Shown here: piece by piece, positions 9,514-20,599 of the stretch
Layout: the number at the start of each line of letters is the position of its first letter
How positions within the stretch are numbered: the stretch's first letter is position 1
DNA from: an uncultured bacterium
GTDB taxonomy: Bacteria; Krumholzibacteriota; Krumholzibacteriia; Krumholzibacteriales; Krumholzibacteriaceae
Direction: 5' to 3'
NCBI GenBank assembly: GCA_963813815.1
Contig: CAWFAD010000011.1
Location: 1,180 to 65,179 of the forward strand
DNA length: 64,000 bases
Notes under the pieces: model-generated
Databases searched by the model: none
What the model was told of the DNA's origin: nothing
The model's input: only the letters and a program-made list of their open reading frames with translations
Program-made: the position numbers and the translations under genes

Positions 9514-9852
9514 TCAATTCTTTTTCTTCTCGATATCCTCGGGCGAACCCGACTGAAAGCCGATCGCGCCGAGCGGCATGCCCCGCGGCGCCACGTTGAT
9601 CTTGCCGAACGAGCTTTCGAACTTGTTGATCGCGTCCGCGAGCGCGAGACTGAGCGATTTCGCCGATTGCGGCGTCATGATGACGCGCGCGTGCACCTTG
9701 GCCTTCGGGACGCCCGGCACGAGCCGCGCGAAATCGAAAACGAACTCCGCGGCGTTGTGCGCGGTGAGCACGAAGTTCGAGTAGATGCCCTCGGCCGCCT
9801 TCTCGTCGAGCTCGATCTGAATCTGCTGTTGCTGCTGCTGCGCCTTGTCCAT
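9514..9852 (-). CDS. DUF3467-like small protein with N-terminal poly-Gln run
   Basis: 112 aa. MDKAQQQQQQIQIELDEK... Family assignment is from memory of the DUF3467 pattern. Convergent with the acyltransferase gene. Confidence 0.4.
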   Translation of the reverse strand: MDKAQQQQQQIQIELDEKAAEGIYSNFVLTAHNAAEFVFDFARLVPGVPKAKVHARVIMTPQSAKSLSLALADAINKFESSFGKINVAPRGMPLGAIGFQSGSPEDIEKKKN

Positions 9853-9918
9853 GTAGGCTCCTTCCGGGATACTGCGTTTTCTGCTATAATTGAATCAGCT
9901 TCACGCCGGGGAGTCAAT

Positions 9919-10239
9919 ATGGATCGGGACGCTGACTGGAAAGCCTTTGAACGCGGGATATTCGAGTCGGTCGAGCGGCGCGAGCGCGAGCGCGGGTGGG
10001 AGCTCTCGTCCGAAATCCGCCGCCGCGCCGATCGCATCGTCTCGATCATTCTCATGAGCGACCTTCCCCGCGTCGACGTCGAGATAGAGATTCGCGGATT
10101 CCGCGCCTTCGTCTCGGAGGAGTTGCCCGGCAAGGAGGAGCTCTTCGACGCCGTCTACCTCGCCCGCTTCCGGAGAATCTGGGGGCAATGGCGGGGAGGC
10201 CGCGAGCGGCTCCTCCCCGGCCGCGGCTCGGGGGAATGA
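9919..10239 (+). CDS. hypothetical protein
   Basis: ATG at 9919 in frame with ORF 9667..10239. Coding-like codon usage but no recognisable domain. Confidence 0.3.
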   Translation: MDRDADWKAFERGIFESVERRERERGWELSSEIRRRADRIVSIILMSDLPRVDVEIEIRGFRAFVSEELPGKEELFDAVYLARFRRIWGQWRGGRERLLPGRGSGE

Positions 10240-10391
10240 TCCTCCCCGCGCGGCACGCAACTATCGGCTGCTCTTCGAATTTCAGCCTTGATAAGCTCCG
10301 CGCCCGTACGGTATATTTCCGGGAGCCTAAACTATAGTGTACGCGCCGGCCGGCCGCGAAACCGGCGAAACCCTCGAGAGGTAGTCTTTTC

Positions 10392-11354
10392 ATGCGCAGG
10401 AAGAGAGTCCGCGAGATCTGTCGCGGGATGAAGCGCGCCCGGGTCGCCGTAGTGGGGGACGTCATGCTCGACCGCTACATCTGGGGGCAGGTGGAGCGTA
10501 TAAGCCCCGAGGCGCCGGTGCCGGTCGTCGCCGTGAGCGAAACGAGCGTGCGGCTCGGAGGGGCGGCGAACGTGGCATGGAACCTCGCCTCGCTCGGCGT
10601 GCGGGCGAACCTCGCCGGTGTCGTGGGAAAGGACGCCTCGGGCGCCGATCTCAGGCGCATTCTCCGCGAGAGGGGAATTTCGACCACATCCCTCGTCGCC
10701 GATCCCCATCGCCCGACGACCGAGAAGATACGGATCGTCGCCCATAACCAGCAGGTCGTCCGGGCCGATTTCGAATCGCCGGCGCCGCTCGCCGAGGACG
10801 TTTTTCGAAGGCTCCACGCGGCGACGCGCCGCGCGCTCGCGGGAGCCCGCGTCGTCATCGTGTCGGATTACGGCAAGGGCGTGGTCTCCTCGGGGATCAT
10901 GGAGTTCATCCGCGCGCGCAACATCCCCTTTCTCATCGATCCGAAGGAGGGGCACTTCTCGCTCTACCGGGGCGCCTTCGCCGTGACGCCGAACAAGAAA
11001 GAGGCGGGGGGGTTCTACAACAGGAAGATCCGCAGCGACGCCGATCTCGAATCGGTCGGCGTTTCGCTCCTCGTCGATCTCGACGCCGCGGCGGTTCTCG
11101 TCACGCGCGGCGAAGAGGGTATGACGCTCTTCGAGCCGAGGAAGAAGCCGCGGCATTTCCCGACGCGCGCGAGCGAGGTGTACGACGTGACGGGCGCGGG
11201 CGACACGGTCATCAGCGTGCTCGGCGCGGGGCTCGCCGCGGGCGCCACCCTCTACGAGTCGATCGAGCTCGCGAACGCGGCCGCGGGGATCGTCATCCGC
11301 GAGCTCGGCACGGCGGCGGTGCGCACGGACGAGCTCGAGGGGGCCTTTTCCTGA
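10392..11354 (+). CDS. D-glycero-beta-D-manno-heptose-7-phosphate kinase (HldE kinase domain, RfaE domain I), stand-alone
   Basis: PfkB/ribokinase-like carbohydrate kinase with [15 protein letters not shown] and the C-terminal DVTGAGDT motif. Directly followed by the adenylyltransferase-domain gene. Confidence 0.75.
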   Translation: MRRKRVREICRGMKRARVAVVGDVMLDRYIWGQVERISPEAPVPVVAVSETSVRLGGAANVAWNLASLGVRANLAGVVGKDASGADLRRILRERGISTTSLVADPHRPTTEKIRIVAHNQQVVRADFESPAPLAEDVFRRLHAATRRALAGARVVIVSDYGKGVVSSGIMEFIRARNIPFLIDPKEGHFSLYRGAFAVTPNKKEAGGFYNRKIRSDADLESVGVSLLVDLDAAAVLVTRGEEGMTLFEPRKKPRHFPTRASEVYDVTGAGDTVISVLGAGLAAGATLYESIELANAAAGIVIRELGTAAVRTDELEGAFS

Positions 11355-11368
11355 GGCGGGAGACCGGT

Positions 11369-11839
11369 ATGGGCGGACGGATGCTCGCGAGGGGCGAGCT
11401 CGACGGATTCCGGAGGGAGCACGGCTCGAAGCGGATCGTTTTCACGAACGGCTGTTTCGACATCCTGCACCGCGGCCACGTCGATCTGCTCGAGAGGGCG
11501 CGGAGCCTCGGGGACGTCCTCGTCGTCGGGCTCAACAGCGACTCCTCGGTGCGCCGTCTCAAGGGAGCGGCGAGACCGTTCGTGGGGGAGGAAGACCGCG
11601 CGGAGGTGCTGCTCGCCCTCGCCTCGGTGGATTTCGTGACGGTCTTCGACGAGGACACGCCGCTCGAGACGATCGCGGCGCTTCGTCCGGACGTCCTCGT
11701 GAAGGGCGCGGAGTACGCGCACGGAGAGATCGTCGGCGCCCGGTTCGTCGAGGAGCACGGCGGCCGCGTGGAGCGAATCGACATGCTCCCGGGGTATTCG
11801 ACGACGGCCATCGTCGAACGCATTCGAAAGGGAACGTAA
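11369..11839 (+). CDS. D-glycero-beta-D-manno-heptose-1-phosphate adenylyltransferase (HldE domain II, RfaE2), stand-alone
   Basis: Cytidylyltransferase-like fold with [18 protein letters not shown] (HxGH motif). 156 aa. Confidence 0.75.
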   Translation: MGGRMLARGELDGFRREHGSKRIVFTNGCFDILHRGHVDLLERARSLGDVLVVGLNSDSSVRRLKGAARPFVGEEDRAEVLLALASVDFVTVFDEDTPLETIAALRPDVLVKGAEYAHGEIVGARFVEEHGGRVERIDMLPGYSTTAIVERIRKGT

Positions 11840-11864
11840 CGTACGGAGGTGAATCCTTTATTTT

Positions 11865-13187
11865 ATGGCGCGTAAAAGAATGATCATCATGGGTGCCGCG
11901 GGCAGGGATTTCCACAACTTCAACACCCTCTACCGCGACCGCAAGGACGTCGAGGTGGTCGCGTTCACCGCGACGCAGATTCCCGACATCGAGGGGCGCA
12001 AGTATCCGGCCGCCCTGGCGGGAAAGCTCTATCCGAAGGGCATTCCCATCGAGGCGGAGGAGGATCTCGAGCGGCTCATCGTCGAAAAGAGCGTCGATGA
12101 GGTGCTGTTCTCGTACAGCGACGTCTCGAACCAGTACGTCATGGAGAAGGCCGCGCTCGTGAACGCCCTCGGAGCGCACTTCACGGTCGCCGGGGCTCGT
12201 CCGACGATGGTGGAGAGCTCGAAGCCCGTCATCTCGATTTGCGCCGTCCGCACAGGCGCCGGCAAGAGCCAGACGACCCGCAAGGTCGCGGAGCTCCTCG
12301 TCGGCGCGGGCAAGAGGGTCGTCGCCATCCGGCATCCGATGCCGTACGGGAACCTCGTGAAGCAGAGAGTGCAGCGGTTCGCCACGCTCGACGATCTCGT
12401 GAAGCACGAATGCACGATCGAGGAGATCGAAGAGTACGAACCCCACATCGTTCGCGGCATCACGGTGTACGCAGGAGTCGATTACGAGGCGATTCTCCGC
12501 CAGGCGGAGAAAGAGGCCGACGTCGTCCTCTGGGACGGCGGCAACAACGATCTTCCGTTCTACAAGCCGGATGTCCACATCGTCGTCGTCGATCCCCACC
12601 GGCCCGGCCACGAGCTCACGTACTATCCGGGACGGGCGAACCTGCTGCTGGCCGACGTCGTGGTCATCAACAAGATCGACACGGCCGATCTCGGCGCCGT
12701 CGAGGAGGTCCGCGCGAACGTCGCGCGCCTCAATCCGGCGGCCGTCGTCATAGACGGCGCCTCGCCGATTAAGATCGATCACCCCGAGCGCATCAAGGGG
12801 AAACGGGTCCTCTGCGTCGAGGACGGTCCGACGCTCACCCACGGCGGCATGAAGTACGGCGCGGCGATCATGGCGGCGCGCAAGTACCACGCGCGCGAGA
12901 TCGTCGATCCGCGTCCCTACGTCACGGGCAAGATCGCCGAGACGTACCGCAAATACCCCGGCATCGGGCTCCTGCTGCCGGCGATGGGGTACGGCACCGA
13001 GCAGGTCAAGGACCTCGAAAAGACGATCGCGCGGGTCGACTGCGACCTCGTCATCGTCGGCACGCCCATCGATCTCGGCCGCTACATCAAGATCAAGCGG
13101 CCGTCGCTCCGGGTCATGTACGATCTGCAGGAGATCGGGCACCCGGACCTCACGGACGTGCTCAAAGGGTACCTTAAGGCTAAATAA
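11865..13187 (+). CDS. P-loop protein resembling cyclic 2,3-diphosphoglycerate synthetase (CPGS-like)
   Basis: 440 aa. Walker A ICAVRTGAGKSQTT. Overall length and pattern recall archaeal CpgS homologues annotated in bacteria. Family recall is uncertain. Confidence 0.4.
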   Translation: MARKRMIIMGAAGRDFHNFNTLYRDRKDVEVVAFTATQIPDIEGRKYPAALAGKLYPKGIPIEAEEDLERLIVEKSVDEVLFSYSDVSNQYVMEKAALVNALGAHFTVAGARPTMVESSKPVISICAVRTGAGKSQTTRKVAELLVGAGKRVVAIRHPMPYGNLVKQRVQRFATLDDLVKHECTIEEIEEYEPHIVRGITVYAGVDYEAILRQAEKEADVVLWDGGNNDLPFYKPDVHIVVVDPHRPGHELTYYPGRANLLLADVVVINKIDTADLGAVEEVRANVARLNPAAVVIDGASPIKIDHPERIKGKRVLCVEDGPTLTHGGMKYGAAIMAARKYHAREIVDPRPYVTGKIAETYRKYPGIGLLLPAMGYGTEQVKDLEKTIARVDCDLVIVGTPIDLGRYIKIKRPSLRVMYDLQEIGHPDLTDVLKGYLKAK

Positions 13188-13244
13188 TCGACGTTAAGTA
13201 ATCGCGTTAACCCTCTGTGAATAAAGAGATAACGGAGGTATGCG

Positions 13245-14381
13245 TTGAAAATACACGAAGCGGACGCGAGGGCGATATTTGCGAAGTTCGGCCTGCCGGT
13301 TCCACCGAGCCGGCTCGTCATGAGCCCTGCGAACGCGAGCGCCGCGGCGGCGGAGCTCGGGTGCCCCGTCGTCGTCAAGGCGCAGGTGCTCGTCGGGGGG
13401 CGGGGCAAGGCGGGGGGCGTCAAGCTCGCCTCGAGCCCCGATGAGGCGGCCGCGAAGGCGAAGGCTATCCTCGGGATGGACCTCAAGGGGATCAAGGTCG
13501 AAAAGGTCCTCGTCGCCAAAGCGGTCGATATCGCGAGCGAGTTCTACGTCGGGATGGTCGTCGACCGGCGGAGCCGCAAGCCCCTCATGATGGTCTCGCC
13601 GGCGGGGGGGATCGACATCGAGGAGGTCGCCCGTGCGACGCCGGAGAAGATCCTCAAGGTCGCGATCGATCCCGGGTTCGGTCTCCTGCCGTTCCAGATC
13701 CGCCGCATGAGCTCGTTTCTCTCCGCCGACAAGGAGATTTCGAAAAAGATCGGCGGGATGCTCGTGTCGCTCTACGGGGCCTTCATCGGCGTCGACGCGT
13801 CGCTCGCGGAAATCAATCCGCTCGTCGTCACTCCCGCGGGGGAGGTCTGGGCCATCGACGCCAAGATCAACATCGACGACAGCGCCCTCTTCCGGCGGAA
13901 GGACGCCGCGGCGCTCCGCGACGATTCGGCGGAGGACAAGGGCGAGGTCGAGGCGCGCGAGGCGGGGCTCTCGTTCGTGAAGCTCGACGGCAGCATCGGC
14001 TGCGTCGTGAACGGCGCCGGGCTCGCCATGGCCACGATGGATATGATCAAGCACTTCGGCGGCGAGCCGGCGAACTTCCTCGATATCGGCGGATCCTCGA
14101 GCCCCGAGAAGGTGCTCGCCGCGATGCGGATCATCCTCCGCGACCGCAGCGTCAAGGCGATCCTCATCAACATTTTCGGCGGTATCACGCGCTGCGACGA
14201 CGTGGCGCTCGGCCTCATCGAGGCGAAAAAGCAGCTCGGCGTCGACGTGCCGCTCGTGGTGCGCCTCACGGGCACCAACGAGGAGCGCGGGCGGGAGCTC
14301 CTCGCCGGCACGGCGCTCATCCCGGCGGCGACGATGGAGGAAGGCGTTTCGAAGGCCATCGCGGCGGCGCGCGGGCGCTGA
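13245..14381 (+). CDS. sucC: succinyl-CoA ligase (ADP-forming) beta subunit
   Basis: TTG start after AACGGAGG. ATP-grasp N-domain with VVKAQVLVGGRGKAGGVK and a C-terminal CoA-ligase domain. Confidence 0.9.
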   Translation: MKIHEADARAIFAKFGLPVPPSRLVMSPANASAAAAELGCPVVVKAQVLVGGRGKAGGVKLASSPDEAAAKAKAILGMDLKGIKVEKVLVAKAVDIASEFYVGMVVDRRSRKPLMMVSPAGGIDIEEVARATPEKILKVAIDPGFGLLPFQIRRMSSFLSADKEISKKIGGMLVSLYGAFIGVDASLAEINPLVVTPAGEVWAIDAKINIDDSALFRRKDAAALRDDSAEDKGEVEAREAGLSFVKLDGSIGCVVNGAGLAMATMDMIKHFGGEPANFLDIGGSSSPEKVLAAMRIILRDRSVKAILINIFGGITRCDDVALGLIEAKKQLGVDVPLVVRLTGTNEERGRELLAGTALIPAATMEEGVSKAIAAARGR

Positions 14382-14405
14382 CGCTCTCGATAGAAGGAGG
14401 ATTTC

Positions 14406-15290
<885 letters not shown>

Positions 15291-15334
15291 GGGGCGCCGG
15301 GCGCCGGGCGTGCGCGAGAGGAGCAACGGAGACA

Positions 15335-15742
15335 ATGGCGAAGACGTATCTCATGATAAAGCCCGAGGCCGTGCAGGGCGGCAAGCAGGGCGAGATCATC
15401 GACCTTCTCATCAAGAACGGCTTCCGCATCGCGCGGATGAAGCAGTTCCGGTTCGATCGGGCGAAGGCCGGCTCGTTCTACGCGGTGCACGAGGAGAAGC
15501 CGTTCTTCGGCGACCTCGTTTCCTACATCGTCTCGGGCGACGTTATCGGCCTCGAGCTCGAAAAGGAAGGGGCGGCGGTCGAGCTCCTGCGGGAGCTCGT
15601 CGGCGCGACGGATCCGGCCAATGCGCGCCCGGGCACGATCCGGTACATGTACGGGACCAACCTGCAGCGGAACGCCGTCCACGCTTCCGACTCGCAGCCC
15701 AATGCGGAAAAAGAGCTTGCCATCGTTTTTGGCGAGCCATAG
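15335..15742 (+). CDS. ndk: nucleoside diphosphate kinase
   Basis: 135 aa. TYLMIKPEAVQ...NAVHASDS (active-site His). Confidence 0.9.
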   Translation: MAKTYLMIKPEAVQGGKQGEIIDLLIKNGFRIARMKQFRFDRAKAGSFYAVHEEKPFFGDLVSYIVSGDVIGLELEKEGAAVELLRELVGATDPANARPGTIRYMYGTNLQRNAVHASDSQPNAEKELAIVFGEP

Positions 15743-15754
15743 TATTATACGCTC

Positions 15755-16288
15755 ATGAGCGACGACGCAATCGTCATGGAGCTCGATCTCGCCCGGGTCG
15801 AGGACCGAGCGGTCGAGGAGTTCGAAAAGACCTTCGATCTTCCGACGCCCGAGGGGGGGACGGCTTTGTGCCACGCGCTCGCGACCGTCGAGGTCACGCG
15901 GTCGGGGGCGCGTTACGATATCAGGGCGCGCGCCAGCGGAACCGTTCGCGCCGAATGCCACCGCTGCGCCGCCGAGTTCGATCTCCCCGTCGAGGTCGAG
16001 ATCGTGCTCGCCGTTCATCGCGGGCAGGACGCCGCGCCGCCGGAGGAGGATGAGAGTGATTTCGTAGTCGTGCCGGCGGGGGACGTGCGCTACGACATTT
16101 TCCCGCGCGTGCGGGAAGCGCTCATCCTCGAGCTGCCCATCAAGGTTCTCTGCCGCGAGGATTGCAAGGGCATCTGCCGGTCCTGCGGCGCGAACCTGAA
16201 CGACGGCGAATGCGGGTGTCCGCGGGAGGGCGCGGATCCGCGCTGGAGCGCCCTGCGGAAGCTCATCGATCGCAAGGGCGGGTCGTAG
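15755..16288 (+). CDS. yceD: YceD/DUF177 family protein (large-subunit rRNA accumulation protein)
   Basis: C-terminal CxxC...CxC (CRSCGANLNDGECGC) and conserved position immediately upstream of rpmF-plsX. Confidence 0.7.
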   Translation: MSDDAIVMELDLARVEDRAVEEFEKTFDLPTPEGGTALCHALATVEVTRSGARYDIRARASGTVRAECHRCAAEFDLPVEVEIVLAVHRGQDAAPPEEDESDFVVVPAGDVRYDIFPRVREALILELPIKVLCREDCKGICRSCGANLNDGECGCPREGADPRWSALRKLIDRKGGS

Positions 16289-16339
16289 AGAGCGCCCGCC
16301 CGAGAGCGCATCACCGGGATGACGTAAGGAGGATACGAA

Positions 16340-16537
16340 ATGCCGCTACCGAAAAAGAAAGCCTCGAAGCAGCGCAGGCGCAAGCGCAAAACCCACTGGA
16401 AGGCCGAAGCGCCGAGCCTCACCAAGTGCTCGCACTGCCACCAGCCGAAGCCGCCGCACACGGTCTGTCCGAACTGCGGCTACTACGGGGGCCGCGAAGT
16501 CGTGAAGCCGAAGGTCGAGGAAAGCAAGGGCAAGTAG
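16340..16537 (+). CDS. rpmF: 50S ribosomal protein L32
   Basis: 65 aa, basic, CxxC...CxxC zinc ribbon, upstream of plsX. Confidence 0.9.
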   Translation: MPLPKKKASKQRRRKRKTHWKAEAPSLTKCSHCHQPKPPHTVCPNCGYYGGREVVKPKVEESKGK

Positions 16538-16555
16538 CCCGATCCCGGAGGAACA

Positions 16556-17563
16556 ATGAGGATCGCGCTCGATGCCATGGGCGGGGATAGCGCCCCGGCC
16601 GGGATCGTCGACGGAGCTTTCGATGCGGCGCGCGAGAGGGGCGGCTCGCTCGAGGTCGTCCTCGTCGGCAAGCGGGACAGCATCGAATCCTACGTCGCAT
16701 CGCGGGGGCTCGAGGCGCCGAACGTCTCGATCGTCGACGCGCCCGAGGTCATCGAGATGTCGGAGAGCCCCTCGACCGCCATCCGCCGCAAGCGCGGCGC
16801 CTCGATACCGGTCGCTATGAATCTCCACCGTTCCGGCGAGGTTCAGGCGGTCGTTGGTGCGGGAAACACGGGCGCCATGGTGGCGAGCTCGCTGCTGCAG
16901 CTCGGACGGCTGCCGCGCATCGAGCGCCCGGCGATCGCGATCTACCTGCCGACCCGCGAAAACGGCGGCACCGTGCTCCTCGACGGAGGCGCCAACTCGG
17001 ACTGCGATCCGCACAACCTCCTCCAGTTCGCCTTCATGGGATCGGTCTACGCCGAGACGCAGCTCGGGAAGACCGCTCCGCGCGTCGGGCTCCTTTCGAT
17101 CGGCGAGGAACGCTCGAAGGGGAACGAGCTGAGCCGCGCCGCCTACGAGCTTTTCGAGCGAGGCGCCTTCAACTTCGTCGGCAACGTGGAGGGGCGGGAC
17201 GTCTTCGCCGGCAAGGTCGACGTCGTCGTCACGGACGGCTTCGTCGGAAACGTCGTTTTGAAATTTACAGAGAGCATCGTTTATTATATAACGAGCCTGA
17301 TCGGCGACGAGGTGCGCCGCCACGCGTTCGCGCGTCTCGGCGCAGGGCTCATGCGGCCCGTGTTCCGCGTCATCAAGCGGAAGCTCGATTACGCCGAGTA
17401 CGGCGGGGCGCCGCTGCTCGGAGTGAACGGAGTCGTCATCATCAGCCACGGGAAGAGCTCGTCGCTCGCGATCAAGAACGCGATTCTGGCCGCCGAGCGG
17501 TTCGTCGCGGGCGGCATCAACGACCGGATACGGCAGAAGGCCGAGGAGACCGAACCGGCATGA
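16556..17563 (+). CDS. plsX: phosphate acyltransferase PlsX
   Basis: MRIALDAMGGD N-terminus, 335 aa, position ahead of fabH. Confidence 0.9.
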   Translation: MRIALDAMGGDSAPAGIVDGAFDAARERGGSLEVVLVGKRDSIESYVASRGLEAPNVSIVDAPEVIEMSESPSTAIRRKRGASIPVAMNLHRSGEVQAVVGAGNTGAMVASSLLQLGRLPRIERPAIAIYLPTRENGGTVLLDGGANSDCDPHNLLQFAFMGSVYAETQLGKTAPRVGLLSIGEERSKGNELSRAAYELFERGAFNFVGNVEGRDVFAGKVDVVVTDGFVGNVVLKFTESIVYYITSLIGDEVRRHAFARLGAGLMRPVFRVIKRKLDYAEYGGAPLLGVNGVVIISHGKSSSLAIKNAILAAERFVAGGINDRIRQKAEETEPA

Positions 17564-18558
17564 CATCCCAGCAACGGCCCGGCGGCGCGCGCTTCGCCGG
17601 CATCGGGTATTACCTCCCCGACGTCGTGCTGACGAACGCGGATTTCGAGCGCATGGTGGACACCTCCGACGAGTGGATCGTCACGCGGACGGGGATCAGG
17701 GAACGCCGGATCGCCCGGCCGGAGCAGGCGACGAGCGACCTCGCGATCGAGGCGGCAAAACGCGCGCTCGCCGACGCGGGAGTGTCGGCGGAGGAGATCG
17801 ACATCATCATCGTCGGCACGGCGACTCCCGACATGCCCTTTCCGTCGACGGCCTGTATCATTCAGGACCGCCTCGGCGCGCGCGGGGCCGCGGCCTTCGA
17901 TATCACGGCGGCGTGCTCGGGATTCATCTACGGCGTCACGATCGCGCAGTCGCTCATCGTCGCGGGCAAGGCCCGCAGGGTGCTCGTCATCGGCGTCGAG
18001 ACGCTCTCGCGCATTCTCGACTATCAGGACCGCGCCACCTGCGTCCTCTTCGGCGACGGGGCGGGGGCGGTCGTCATGGAGGCGTGCGAGAGCGGCGACG
18101 GCGTGCTCGGCACGTATCTCCGGAGCGACGGCTCCTACGCCGATCTTCTCTATCTCCCCGGCGGCGGTTCGCGGCGCCCCCTCACGGAGGAGGGGCTCCG
18201 CAACCGCGAGCAATACGTCAAAATGAAGGGGGACGGGCTCTTCAAGTACGCCGTCAAGGCGATGGTCGAGGCGTCCGAGGCGGTGCTGCGGGAGGCGGGG
18301 CTCACGACGGCCGACATCGATTTTCTCGTGCCGCATCAGGCCAATATCCGCATCATCGAGGGAGTGCGATCGCGGCTGCACGTTCCCCCGGAGAAGGCGA
18401 TCGTCAATATCGACAAAGTGGGCAACACCTCCTCGGCGAGCATTCCGATCGCGCTCGGCGAGGCGAAAGACAAAGGGCTCATCAAGCGCGGCGACCGGAT
18501 ACTCATGGTCGCCTTCGGCGGCGGCCTCACCTGGGGCGCCCTGCTGCTCAAGTACTGA
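17560..18558 (+). CDS. fabH: 3-oxoacyl-ACP synthase III
   Basis: GIGYYLPDVVLTN, active-site Cys region AACSGF, C-terminal AFGGGLTWGA. Confidence 0.9.
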   Translation: MTSQQRPGGARFAGIGYYLPDVVLTNADFERMVDTSDEWIVTRTGIRERRIARPEQATSDLAIEAAKRALADAGVSAEEIDIIIVGTATPDMPFPSTACIIQDRLGARGAAAFDITAACSGFIYGVTIAQSLIVAGKARRVLVIGVETLSRILDYQDRATCVLFGDGAGAVVMEACESGDGVLGTYLRSDGSYADLLYLPGGGSRRPLTEEGLRNREQYVKMKGDGLFKYAVKAMVEASEAVLREAGLTTADIDFLVPHQANIRIIEGVRSRLHVPPEKAIVNIDKVGNTSSASIPIALGEAKDKGLIKRGDRILMVAFGGGLTWGALLLKY

Positions 18559-18580
18559 CGTTCGGAAGGGGACTCGCGCC

Positions 18581-19519
18581 ATGACGAAGGCGGCAATGCT
18601 GTTTCCCGGGCAGGGATCGCAGTACGCGGGAATGGGGAAGGATCTCGCCGCCGCCTATCCGCGTGCGCGCGAGCTCTACGAGCGCGCGGACGACGCGCTC
18701 GGATTCTCCCTCTCGCGGCTCTGCTTCGAGGGGGACGCCGAGACGCTCACGCAGACGAAGAACGCGCAGCCCGCGATTCTGCTGCACAGCGTCGCGGCGA
18801 TGCGGGTCCTGCGCGAGGAGGCCGGGATCGAGCCCGCGATCGCGGCCGGGCACAGCCTCGGCGAGTACTCCGCCCTCGTCGCCGCGGGCGTTCTCGACGA
18901 GATCGACGCGCTGAGGATCGTCCGGCGGCGCGGGGAGCTCATGTACGAAGCCGGGCTCGAGCAGCCGGGCACGATGGCCGCGATCATCGGCCTCGAGCGG
19001 GAGGACGTCGAGGAGGCGTGCCGGCAAGCGGCGGGGAACGAGACGGTCGTCGTCGCGAACGTCAACTCTCCCGGCCAGATCGTCGTCTCGGGGCACGTCG
19101 GCGCGGTCGAGCGGGCCATGAAGGAGGCCGCCGCGCGCGGCGCCAAGAAGACGATCCCGCTCACGGTGAGCGGCGCCTTCCACTCGCCGCTCGTGGCCTC
19201 CGCCGAGAAGGAGCTCGTCGCGTACATCGAGAGCTTCCCGCTCCGCGGCGCGGCGGTCGGAGTCGTCACGAACGCGGACGCCCGTATCGTGCGGACCGAG
19301 GGGGAGATCGTGGACGCGCTTTCGCGGCAGCTCACGAGCCCCGTCCGCTGGAGCGAATCGATGACGGTGCTTCTCCGCGAGTGGGGCGGCGCCGTGATCG
19401 AGGTGGGGCCGGGCAAGGTGCTCGCGGGACTTCTCAAACGGATCGACGCCGCGCGCAGCGCGCAGAGCGCGGGCACGGCCGCCGAGCTCGCGGCCATCGC
19501 CGCGGCGCGGACGGCGTGA
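18581..19519 (+). CDS. fabD: malonyl-CoA:ACP transacylase
   Basis: LFPGQGSQYAGMG and GHSLGEYSALV active-site Ser motif. Confidence 0.9.
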   Translation: MTKAAMLFPGQGSQYAGMGKDLAAAYPRARELYERADDALGFSLSRLCFEGDAETLTQTKNAQPAILLHSVAAMRVLREEAGIEPAIAAGHSLGEYSALVAAGVLDEIDALRIVRRRGELMYEAGLEQPGTMAAIIGLEREDVEEACRQAAGNETVVVANVNSPGQIVVSGHVGAVERAMKEAAARGAKKTIPLTVSGAFHSPLVASAEKELVAYIESFPLRGAAVGVVTNADARIVRTEGEIVDALSRQLTSPVRWSESMTVLLREWGGAVIEVGPGKVLAGLLKRIDAARSAQSAGTAAELAAIAAARTA

Positions 19520-19539
19520 ACGCGGAATCGGAGACGGAC

Positions 19540-20286
19540 ATGATCGGAATAGACGGAAAGACCGCGGTCGTGACGGGGGCCGGGCAGGGCATCGGCCGCG
19601 ACATAGCGGTGCTGCTCGCCGAGCACGGCGCGGATGTCGCCGCGGTCGACGTCAACGAAGCGGGCGCCGCGGAGACGGCCTCCCTCGTGCGCGCGAAGGG
19701 GCGGGACGCGGCCCCCTTCCGGTGCGACGTGGGGAGCGCCTCCGACGTCGAGCGCTGCGTCCGCGAGATTCTCGCCTGGAAGGCGGACGTGCATTTTCTC
19801 GTGAACAACGCCGGCATAGCGCGGGACAATCTCCTGCTCCGCATGAGCGAGGCGGAGTGGGAGAGCGTCCTTCGCGTGAACCTCACCGGGACGTTCAATC
19901 TCACCAAGGCGCTGTCGCGCCCGATGATCAAGAACCGTTTCGGACGCATTGTGAACATCTCTTCCGTCATCGGGGTTTTCGGCAACGCCGGTCAGGCCAA
20001 CTACGCGGCGAGCAAGGCGGGGGTCATCGGCTTCACGAAGTCCGTCGCGAAGGAGCTCGCGGGGAGGAACGTCCTCGTGAACGCCGTCGCGCCGGGGTTC
20101 ATCGAAACGGCGATGACGGCGGCCTTGCCGGAAGAGCGGCGGGAATGGATGCGGCAGCAGATACCGCTCGCCCGGTTCGGCACGGGCCGGGACGTCGCCT
20201 CCGTCGTGCTCTTCCTGCTCTCGGATCTCGGGAGCTACGTGACGGGGCAGGTCGTGCACTGCGATGGTGGAATGGTGATGTCGTAA
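19540..20286 (+). CDS. fabG: 3-oxoacyl-ACP reductase
   Basis: ATG at 19540 in frame with ORF 19018..20286. TGAGQGIGR Rossmann motif, NNAG and YAASKAG SDR motifs. Confidence 0.9.
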   Translation: MIGIDGKTAVVTGAGQGIGRDIAVLLAEHGADVAAVDVNEAGAAETASLVRAKGRDAAPFRCDVGSASDVERCVREILAWKADVHFLVNNAGIARDNLLLRMSEAEWESVLRVNLTGTFNLTKALSRPMIKNRFGRIVNISSVIGVFGNAGQANYAASKAGVIGFTKSVAKELAGRNVLVNAVAPGFIETAMTAALPEERREWMRQQIPLARFGTGRDVASVVLFLLSDLGSYVTGQVVHCDGGMVMS

Positions 20287-20317
20287 GCAACCGTTCGAGA
20301 AGGAGGTCGGTCGTTTC

Positions 20318-20554
20318 ATGGCAACAATCGAGGAAAGAGTGAAGAAGGTCGTCGAGGAGCAGCTGTCGGTCAATCCCGACCAGATCACGCGCGAAGCGTC
20401 GTTTATCGACGATCTCGGCGCCGATTCGCTCGACACGGTCGAGCTCGTCATGGCGCTCGAGGAGGAGTTCGGCCTCGAGATTCCGGACGAGGAAGCCGAG
20501 AAGATCACGAAGGTCGGAGAGGCGATCAGCTACATCGAGGCGCATTCGAAGTAA
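20318..20554 (+). CDS. acpP: acyl carrier protein
   Basis: 78 aa with the DLGADSLD phosphopantetheine-attachment motif. Confidence 0.9.
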   Translation: MATIEERVKKVVEEQLSVNPDQITREASFIDDLGADSLDTVELVMALEEEFGLEIPDEEAEKITKVGEAISYIEAHSK

Positions 20555-20599
20555 GCGCGCCCGCCGCTGCGGATCGCGTTTTACGAACAGGGGGGTGTT

